Source of the DNA: Corynebacterium glutamicum ATCC 13032
Lineage (GTDB): Bacteria > Actinomycetota > Actinomycetes > Mycobacteriales > Mycobacteriaceae
Direction: 5' to 3'
DNA length: 32,000 nt
Assembly (NCBI RefSeq): GCF_000011325.1
Contig: NC_003450.3
Coordinates: forward strand, 2,430,001-2,462,000
Numbering within the stretch: position 1 is the stretch's first letter; every line of letters starts with the position of its first letter. Position numbers and translations under genes: made by a program. Shown piece by piece: positions 25,718 to 32,000 of this stretch. The notes below the pieces were generated by a model. The model was not told where the DNA came from, did not search any database, and saw only the letters and a program-made list of their open reading frames with translations.

Positions 25718-27067
25718 TTAACCCGTAGGAACAATCACTGGTAAGAATCCCATTCCAACTAGCCAAGCAAGCAGAATCATGGGGACAACAAAGTACGTAA
25801 TCAGTGGTACGAACATTTTCGTTGGGTTTGCATCGGCGATCGCAGCAGAAAGGTAAATCGGCGCGCCCACCGGCGGGGATGCACCTTCAGTGGAAGTGCA
25901 CAGCAAGATCACTACGATCGCCACAGTTGGATCAATACCTACCGCAGCCAACGCAGCGACAGCGGGAGCACCAATCGCAGCCGCGGTTGCTGTTGACGAC
26001 AGTGGCGTTGCCACCACAATGCACATGATGCAGACAATGATCACCATGACAGACTTAGGTAGGTCCATGGAATCAAGCCAGTTAGACAACTGCGGGCCAA
26101 CACCCAGTTCTTCCATGATGTTCGCTGCTGCAAGCGCAGAAAACAACGAAATTCCTACGGTGGCAAATTGTGGCAAGTCCTTGGAGATCTGAACCCTAAA
26201 GTGTGCCATGTTGTTAGCAATTCGTTTACGCCCTTCAATCAGAGCAATTGCCGTAATCAGAATTGGCACCCACACGATGATCGACATCGATTTAACACCA
26301 GACTCCCCAACTCCATGTGTCTTTAACCATTCAGACAATGGGCCGATTGTGAGGATTACGGGGATCAAAATTCCAAGGAAGATCAACGGTGAACGCCATC
26401 CAGTCTTCATTGCCTCACCGAATGACACCCGTTGATCATCAGGGGTGGCAGGAATTTTATCTTTACGTGTCCAGTAAAAGACGACCGCTAAGCGGTAGAG
26501 CACTGCATACGCACCACCACAAGCCAAAGCAATGTACACCTGAGAGGCCGAAGAAGCTGCTGCAGCTGGCAATGCCAAAATGATGAACATTGTTGAATTG
26601 GGAGGCAACGCAACACCAAGGCCAGAGTTGCCCGCGACTAACGTTGCGGACCTTTCAGCAGTCCATCCCGTCTTTTTCATCCAAGGGATCGTCACTGAGC
26701 CAACCGTCGCGGAGTTTCCAGCCGTTGATCCAGCGATGAGTCCAATGAGCGCAGATCCAAGAGTGGAAACATAACCTGCGCCACCTCGAAGCCGACCAAA
26801 AATCGAGTTAAGGATTGCGATTAATCGATCAATCAATCCAGTTGATTGCACAACGATGCCCATGAAAACAAAGGCCATACCTGCGAAAGTAACTTCCGAC
26901 TGAGCAGCATCCACTACAGCATCAATCAGTAATGTCGGTGCATTTACACCGCCGACAAGCGCAGTTCCTACTAATCCAACTAGCAATGCTTCTGAAATAT
27001 CTCGTTTCAAAAACACATTCAATATCACGGCAATTGCGATAAAAACGAGCAGAGCAATGATTCCCAT
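25718..27067 (-). CDS. TRAP-transporter large-permease-like protein (DctM family)
   Basis: 449-aa polytopic protein. The segment GRLRGGAGYVSTLGSALIGLIAGSTAGNSATVGSVTIPWM...GNSGLGVALPPNSTMFI aligns by eye with a DctM block as I recall it (GHWHGGLGLAGV...SGSSPATVVAIGSVILPAM...SGALGILIPPSIVMV). Strong SD AAAGGAGG. Confidence 0.75.
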   Translation of the reverse strand: MGIIALLVFIAIAVILNVFLKRDISEALLVGLVGTALVGGVNAPTLLIDAVVDAAQSEVTFAGMAFVFMGIVVQSTGLIDRLIAILNSIFGRLRGGAGYVSTLGSALIGLIAGSTAGNSATVGSVTIPWMKKTGWTAERSATLVAGNSGLGVALPPNSTMFIILALPAAAASSASQVYIALACGGAYAVLYRLAVVFYWTRKDKIPATPDDQRVSFGEAMKTGWRSPLIFLGILIPVILTIGPLSEWLKTHGVGESGVKSMSIIVWVPILITAIALIEGRKRIANNMAHFRVQISKDLPQFATVGISLFSALAAANIMEELGVGPQLSNWLDSMDLPKSVMVIIVCIMCIVVATPLSSTATAAAIGAPAVAALAAVGIDPTVAIVVILLCTSTEGASPPVGAPIYLSAAIADANPTKMFVPLITYFVVPMILLAWLVGMGFLPVIVPTG

Positions 27068-27097
27068 AAGCGCCTCCTTTAAGTGACCGAAAAAACC

Positions 27098-27109
27098 GTA
27101 GCATGTTAC
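27098..27109. promoter_or_regulatory. Near-palindrome GTAGCATGTTAC, 31-42 bp upstream of the DctM-like permease start; second copy of the candidate GntR operator
   Basis: 11 of 12 positions are identical to the palindrome at 24679-24690. It overlaps a TAACAT -10-like hexamer on the minus strand. Confidence 0.45.
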
Positions 27110-27334
27110 ATGTGATTGAATTGACTTAAAGCGGCATTAACTTCGTGGAATTTTCACCCAAAAAGTGGCCCCTTATCCCAAAATCCCACGTCAGTGGATT
27201 ACGTCACACCTTTAAAAACGGTGAGACGTACCTCTATATGGGGGTGATAGAACCGTTTAAGGCCCTCACTCCAAAGAGTCAGGCACCTCTAGGCAGAAAT
27301 GGAGAGAAGGAGGGAAACGTCGAAAAGCGAGAGC

Positions 27335-27803
27335 CTAATTGCTCAAGCCCGCAGCCCTCTCGCGGACCTTGCGCGCGACTTGGCGGTTGTTGATGAACAT
27401 GGGGATCCAGCCCAGAAAGCACAGACCTGCGATGATGAAAAGAATGAGCGAGACAGTCATTTCGAAGCCGACGGAAGTCGCGGACGTGTAGCCGTCGGCA
27501 ATCGCAGCCTGCACGCCGGAGCGAAATGCCCAGGCAGTCACCGCGATGAATAGTGCGGGAGCGATCAAACCTATGGCCCACGCGCCAAATACGCAGGCGG
27601 CGAGGGTACTCATGAAGGCGGCCGGCATGAACAGGGATACCAAATCGTTGGTGGCGCAGCTGCCTCCCCCGCAGTCCCAGGAGACGGTGTCGGCGAGGTG
27701 CCCAAAAGGAATATGCACACCACCCTCCGAGAGCCGCCACTGCAGCAGAGATGAGGGCAACGAGGATTTTCCATTGGCGGAGGTTCATGCGGCGGGTATC
27801 CAT
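27335..27803 (-). CDS. Small polytopic membrane protein, apparently interrupted by a 1-nt frameshift (or a shorter CDS within 27335-27760)
   Basis: The N-terminal TM-like segment MDTRRMNLRQWKILVALISAAVAALGGWCAYSF is in the frame starting at ATG 27803. The remaining convincing membrane-protein sequence (...LADTVSWDCGGGSCATNDLVSLFMPAAFMSTLAACVFGAWAIGLIAPALFIAVTAW...) is in the frame ending at 27335. The total length of 469 nt is 3n+1. Confidence 0.5.
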
Positions 27804-27807
27804 TGCC

Positions 27808-27833
27808 TTCCATTTTAGTTTTCCATTTAGTTT
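27808..27833. repeat. Tandem 13-bp direct repeat TTCCATTTTAGTT / TTCCATTTAGTTT in the divergent promoter region
   Basis: Read directly. The first copy contains the minus-strand TAAAAT hexamer (27812-27817), 8 nt upstream of the ATG at 27803. Confidence 0.6.
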
Positions 27834-27849
27834 CCCGGATCACACCGAC

Positions 27850-27855
27850 TAATCT
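27850..27855 (+). promoter_or_regulatory. Candidate -10 hexamer TAATCT, 8 nt upstream of the SBP ATG
   Basis: TAnnnT hexamer with no SD and leaderless geometry. Confidence 0.3.
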
Positions 27856-27863
27856 CAGAAGCC

Positions 27864-29375
27864 ATGAAGATCACGCGCGGACTCCTGCCATCATTGCTGT
27901 TGGCAAGCACAATCGTGGTGTCGTCATGCTCTGCTGGATCGACTGCGTATCAGCAGCCCCCTGCTGTTGATCAATCATCCATTGTCATTGCTACCACGGC
28001 TGCTGCGGCGTCACTTGATTTCACCAATGCTGCGGGCGCTGCTATTCCGCAGGCGATGATGTCCAATATTTACGAGGGGCTTGTGCGCATCGATGCGGAG
28101 GGTGAGATTCAGCCGCTGCTTGCCACGTCGTGGGATATTTCAGACGATCGCACCGAGTACATTTTCCATTTGCGGGAGGGTGTGCTGTTTTCCAACGGCG
28201 ATCCCTTCAATGCTGATTCTGCGAAGTTTTCCATTGATCGGGTAAAAACTGACTGGACCAATGGTTTGAAAAGTGGCATGGATGTGGTGGAGTCCACCGA
28301 GGTGATTGACGATCACACGCTGAAAGTTTCGCTGGTCAGGCCGTCCAACCAATGGTTGTGGAGCATGGGTACCGCGATCGGTGCCATGATGACGGAGGGG
28401 GGCGTCGATAAGCTGGCAACTGATCCCGTTGGCACCGGCCCGTACACGGTGACGCACTGGGCGCCGGGCCGCGCAATTGGGTTCGGCGCGCGGGCCGATT
28501 ATTGGGGGCAGAAGCCGCTTAACGACGCCGCAACCATCCGCTACTTCAGCGATGCGACGGCCTCGACCAATGCGCTGCAAAGCGGTGACGTGGACGTGAT
28601 TTGGGCGATGCAAGCGCCCGAACAGCTGGCTACGCTGCAGGAATACACCGTGGAAGTGGGCACAACCAATGGTGAGATGTTGCTGTCGATGAATAATCAG
28701 CGTGCACCTTTTGATGATGTGCGTGTGCGCCAGGCGGTGATGTTTGCGATTGATCGCCAAGCCGTCATTGATACCGCGTTGGAAGGTTACGGCACCGACA
28801 CTGGTGGCGTGCCTGTTCCGCCGACTGATCCGTGGTACGAGAAATCCACGATGTACCCCTACGATCCGGACCGCGCACGGGCATTGTTAGAGGAGGCCGG
28901 CGCCGAGGGAACGCGGATCACCATGTCCATTCCTTCGTTGCCGTACGCTCAGGCAGCCTCTGAAATCCTGTACTCGCAACTGCGAGATGTTGGTTTTGAT
29001 CCTGTGATTGAATCAACCGAGTTCCCAGCCGTCTGGTTGGCACAGGTCATGGGGCAAAAAGACTACGACATGTCACTAATCGCGCATGTGGAACCCCGCG
29101 ACATCCCCACGCTGTTTAGCCCCAACTACTATTTGGGCTTTGACGACACCGAAACCCAAGCCCTCCTCGCAGAGGCAGACAGTTCAGCAAACGAAGTGGA
29201 ATTGATGCAACAAGCTGTCGATCGAATCATGGAACAAGCCGTCGCCGACAACCTCATGAACGTGGCCAACATCGTGGTGATGTCACCAGAGATCACCGGC
29301 ATTGATCCCAACGTGGTGTCCGGGGCGTTGGAATTGTCGTTGATTGGTCGGAAAGAATCCGGGGTAGCGCAGTGA
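27864..29375 (+). CDS. ABC transporter substrate-binding lipoprotein, family 5 (peptide/nickel, DppA/OppA-like)
   Basis: 503 aa. Signal peptide with the Cys of ...TIVVSSCSAGS. The family-5 SBP layout includes LVRIDAEGEIQPLLATSWDIS and TGPYTV. First gene of a four-gene ABC operon. Confidence 0.85.
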   Translation: MKITRGLLPSLLLASTIVVSSCSAGSTAYQQPPAVDQSSIVIATTAAAASLDFTNAAGAAIPQAMMSNIYEGLVRIDAEGEIQPLLATSWDISDDRTEYIFHLREGVLFSNGDPFNADSAKFSIDRVKTDWTNGLKSGMDVVESTEVIDDHTLKVSLVRPSNQWLWSMGTAIGAMMTEGGVDKLATDPVGTGPYTVTHWAPGRAIGFGARADYWGQKPLNDAATIRYFSDATASTNALQSGDVDVIWAMQAPEQLATLQEYTVEVGTTNGEMLLSMNNQRAPFDDVRVRQAVMFAIDRQAVIDTALEGYGTDTGGVPVPPTDPWYEKSTMYPYDPDRARALLEEAGAEGTRITMSIPSLPYAQAASEILYSQLRDVGFDPVIESTEFPAVWLAQVMGQKDYDMSLIAHVEPRDIPTLFSPNYYLGFDDTETQALLAEADSSANEVELMQQAVDRIMEQAVADNLMNVANIVVMSPEITGIDPNVVSGALELSLIGRKESGVAQ

Positions 29376-30340
29376 GTAAAACAATCGCTTGGACTGTGCT
29401 GCGGTACACCCTGACTTTTGTGATCGCCAGCATCATCATTTTTGTGCTGATTCGAGTCATCCCCGGTGACCCCGCCGCTGTTGCCCTGGGAATTACCGCG
29501 ACACCAGAAGCAATCGCTGCGTTGCAATCACAATTAGGTACTGATCAACCGCTTTTCCAACAGTACTTTTCCTGGATAGGTGGAATGCTCACTGGCGATT
29601 TCGGCACCTCGCTGAGCTCTGGCCAAGACCTTTCCCCCATCATTTTTGACCGCTTACAAGTGAGCCTCATTTTGGTGGGATGCTCCATTGTGTTGTCGTT
29701 GCTCATTGCCATTCCACTTGGTGTGCTTTCGGCCCGGCGCGGTGGCGTGATCATTTCCGGCATCAGCCAGATTGGCATTGCGATCCCTAGTTTCCTCGCC
29801 GGTATTTTGTTGGTCGCTGTCTTCGCCGTTGGTTTGGGGTGGCTGCCCGCCAATGGCTGGATTCCGCCGTCGGAAAACTTTGGAGGTTTCTTAGCCAGGC
29901 TGATCCTCCCGGTTCTGGCTCTTACTGCTGTTCAAGCAGCAATTTTGACCCGCTATGTCCGCTCTGCAGTAATGGATGTAATGGGGCAAGATTTCATGCG
30001 CACCGCGAGGTCGAAAGGTATGAGCTTCAACCGCGCGTTGATCATCCACGGTCTTCGGAATGCTGCTCTTCCTGTCCTTACCGTCACTGGTTTGCAGCTA
30101 ACAACCTTGGTTATCGGCGCCGTGGTGATTGAACAAGTCTTTGTCATCCCCGGAATCGGTTCGATGCTGCTGGAGTCCGTGTCCAACCGTGATCTCATCG
30201 CTGTGCAATCTATTGTCATGCTGCTGGTGGCGTTCACGTTGCTGGTTAATTTGGTGGTTGATCTGCTGTATCAGGTGGTTGATCCAAGAGTCGGTGCTGT
30301 TGGGGTTGCTAGCACTAAGGTTCCAGGGAGCGTGGCTTAA
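29372..30340 (+). CDS. ABC peptide/nickel transporter permease (DppB/OppB-like)
   Basis: 322 aa with 6 TM helices and the motif RTARSKGMSFNRALIIHGLRNAALPV, typical of DppB-type permeases. The GTG start overlaps the SBP stop (GTGA). Confidence 0.88.
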   Translation: MSKTIAWTVLRYTLTFVIASIIIFVLIRVIPGDPAAVALGITATPEAIAALQSQLGTDQPLFQQYFSWIGGMLTGDFGTSLSSGQDLSPIIFDRLQVSLILVGCSIVLSLLIAIPLGVLSARRGGVIISGISQIGIAIPSFLAGILLVAVFAVGLGWLPANGWIPPSENFGGFLARLILPVLALTAVQAAILTRYVRSAVMDVMGQDFMRTARSKGMSFNRALIIHGLRNAALPVLTVTGLQLTTLVIGAVVIEQVFVIPGIGSMLLESVSNRDLIAVQSIVMLLVAFTLLVNLVVDLLYQVVDPRVGAVGVASTKVPGSVA

Positions 30341-31171
30341 GTGACAACGATCAAAAACATGCCCCTTTCAGGGAAAATCGGCGGCTTCATCGTTGCCGTT
30401 GTATTTGTTCTTGCTGCGCTGTCTTTCATTTGGACTCCGTTTGATCCAGTTCAAGCTTTCCCACAGGAGCGCCTTGAGGGAAGTTCTTTGAGGCACCTGT
30501 TGGGAACGGATCGTTATGGTCGCGATGTTTTATCCCAGATCATGGTTGGTTCCCGCGTCACGTTGTTGGTGGGCATCATTGCGGTGGCGATCGCAGCATT
30601 AATCGGCACGCCACTGGGTATTGCTGCGGGAATGCGCCGTGGCATGGTGGAAACCTTTGTCATGCGTGGTGCCGATTTAATGTTGGCGTTCCCAGCACTG
30701 TTGTTGGCGATTATTTCCGGCGCCGTTTTCGGCGCCTCCACGTGGTCCGCGATGGTCGCGATCGGCATCGCAGGCATCCCTAGTTTTGCCCGCGTGGCTC
30801 GTGCAGGCACATTGCAGGTGACCAGTCAGGATTTCATCGCAGCTGCTCGGCTATCAAAAGTAAGTTCCGCCCGGATCGCGCTTCGCCATATTTTGCCCAA
30901 CATCACCAGCATGTTGATCGTTCAGGCATCAGTAGCTTTTGCCCTGGCGATCCTGGCGGAAGCCGCATTGAGTTTCCTCGGTTTGGGCACCACTCCCCCG
31001 GATCCCAGCTGGGGTCGCATGTTGCAAACCGCTCAAGCATCCATCGGCGTCACCCCCATGTTGGCGGTGTGGCCCGGTGCTGCGATCGCTTTGACGGTCC
31101 TTGGTTTTAATCTTTTCGGTGATGGTTTACGCGATGCCATCGATCCAAAGCGGGAGGTCGGCCGTGCTTAA
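30341..31171 (+). CDS. ABC peptide/nickel transporter permease (DppC/OppC-like)
   Basis: 276 aa with the motif AARLSKVSSARIALRHILPNI, typical of DppC-type permeases. The GTG start directly abuts the previous stop codon. Confidence 0.88.
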   Translation: MTTIKNMPLSGKIGGFIVAVVFVLAALSFIWTPFDPVQAFPQERLEGSSLRHLLGTDRYGRDVLSQIMVGSRVTLLVGIIAVAIAALIGTPLGIAAGMRRGMVETFVMRGADLMLAFPALLLAIISGAVFGASTWSAMVAIGIAGIPSFARVARAGTLQVTSQDFIAAARLSKVSSARIALRHILPNITSMLIVQASVAFALAILAEAALSFLGLGTTPPDPSWGRMLQTAQASIGVTPMLAVWPGAAIALTVLGFNLFGDGLRDAIDPKREVGRA

Positions 31172-32000
31172 AGTTTCTGATTTAACGGTTGGCAACAATT
31201 TTGTCCACAACGTCTCCTTCGAGGTCAACCCCGGCGAACGCGTCGGCATCATCGGCGAGTCCGGCTCAGGCAAATCACTCACCGCGCTATCCATCATGGG
31301 TTTAACTGACCTGCCGACCACCGGCCAGATCACCTTCAACGGCAAACCCTCCGCTACATTCCGTGGCACCCGCATCGCCATGGTTTTCCAAGAACCAATG
31401 AGCGCACTCAACCCGCTCATGCGCATCGGCCGCCAAATCGAAGAAATGATGACCCTGCACGGGGCAAGCAAAAAAGACGCGCGGGCGCGCTTAAAAAGCT
31501 TGCTTATCGACGTCTCCCTCCCCGAACGCACCGCTTCGGCCTACCCACACGAACTTTCAGGCGGGCAACGCCAACGCGCACTAATCGCAATGGCGCTGGC
31601 CAATGATCCTGACCTGTTGATCTGCGATGAACCCACCACGGCTTTGGATGTGGTTGTGCAAAAACAAATCGTCGATCTGCTGCTGCGTCTCACCAAAGAA
31701 CGTGGCACCGCTTTATTGTTCATCACCCACGATCTTGGACTCATCGCGCGCACCTGCGAACGCTTATTGGTGATGAAATCCGGCGAAACCGTAGAACGCG
31801 GCGACACCGAGGCAATTCTTCGCTCCCCCGCCCATTCGTATACCCAACAGCTCCTTGATGCTTCAATCCTTGACCAGCCAGAAATCGCCTCAGATTCTGG
31901 CGCGCCGGTAGTGATTGATGTGGAGGAGGCGTCGAAAAGCTTTAAAGAAACCACCGCCCTCCACAAGGTTTCATTGGCGGTGCGCAAAGGTGACCTGCTT
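31164..32000 (+). CDS. ABC peptide/nickel transporter ATPase, probably a fused double-NBD (DppD-DppF type); 3' end lies beyond the window
   Basis: The GTG start overlaps the permease stop by 8 nt. Contains Walker A GESGSGKS, signature LSGGQRQR, Walker B LLICDEPTTALD and ITHDL. A second NBD appears to begin at VVIDVEEASKSFKETTALHKVSLAVRKGD. The frame is open to position 32000. Confidence 0.85.
   Translation, partial: MLKVSDLTVGNNFVHNVSFEVNPGERVGIIGESGSGKSLTALSIMGLTDLPTTGQITFNGKPSATFRGTRIAMVFQEPMSALNPLMRIGRQIEEMMTLHGASKKDARARLKSLLIDVSLPERTASAYPHELSGGQRQRALIAMALANDPDLLICDEPTTALDVVVQKQIVDLLLRLTKERGTALLFITHDLGLIARTCERLLVMKSGETVERGDTEAILRSPAHSYTQQLLDASILDQPEIASDSGAPVVIDVEEASKSFKETTALHKVSLAVRKGDLL

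Noticed and set aside
27193-27208. CRP/GlxR-like site AGTGG-ATTACG-TCACA upstream of the DctM-like operon
   Set aside because: Only 8 of 10 half-site positions match TGTGA-N6-TCACA, and the left half-site is weak. That is not enough to call without a scoring matrix or binding data.
27145-27393. 82-aa plus-strand ORF between the DctM-like gene and the small membrane-protein gene
   Set aside because: No RBS or promoter geometry and a low-complexity, non-hydrophobic peptide. It overlaps the 3' end of the minus-strand membrane-protein gene.
1-32000. Search for tRNA, rRNA, CRISPR arrays, IS elements, terminal inverted repeats, integrases, phage genes, toxin-antitoxin pairs and known defence-system signatures
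   Set aside because: None were recognisable by eye. All large ORFs are accounted for by metabolic, transport or envelope functions. No abrupt compositional island was evident, though GC content was not computed.

Overview
The window looks like ordinary chromosomal sequence from a mid-GC Corynebacterium. The gene order is malQ, ABC exporter, dcp, esterase, treS-pep2, idi, aecD-brnQ, LLM oxidoreductase, ectP, a GlcD-like operon, a GntR regulator, a DctM-like permease and a peptide ABC importer. This matches my unverified recollection of C. glutamicum ATCC 13032, roughly cg2523-cg2552. About 27 protein-coding genes are supported. I found no rRNA, tRNA, CRISPR array, IS element, integrase or phage genes. 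Most of the window is core metabolism and transport: alpha-glucan and trehalose metabolism, peptidases, isoprenoid, amino-acid and compatible-solute transport. Four things deserve a second look. (1) A translationally coupled envelope locus at 11.6-14.6 kb on the minus strand encodes two lipoproteins and a 585-aa protein without a signal peptide, whose N-terminal helical region resembles PE/PPE or WXG-type type VII substrates. (2) A putative GntR regulon is marked by a near-identical 12-bp palindrome, GTA(A/G)CATGTTAC, in two promoter regions. It would link a fused FAD/Fe-S 2-hydroxyacid-type dehydrogenase operon with a DctM-like TRAP permease that has no visible DctP or DctQ. (3) A small membrane-protein gene at 27.3-27.8 kb appears frameshifted. 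(4) Ten start codons have a TAnnnT hexamer 7-8 nt upstream, which implies leaderless mRNAs and lets several start codons be refined. Several intergenic repeats and hairpins are also recorded. All functional calls rest on motif recognition by eye, and no database search was possible.
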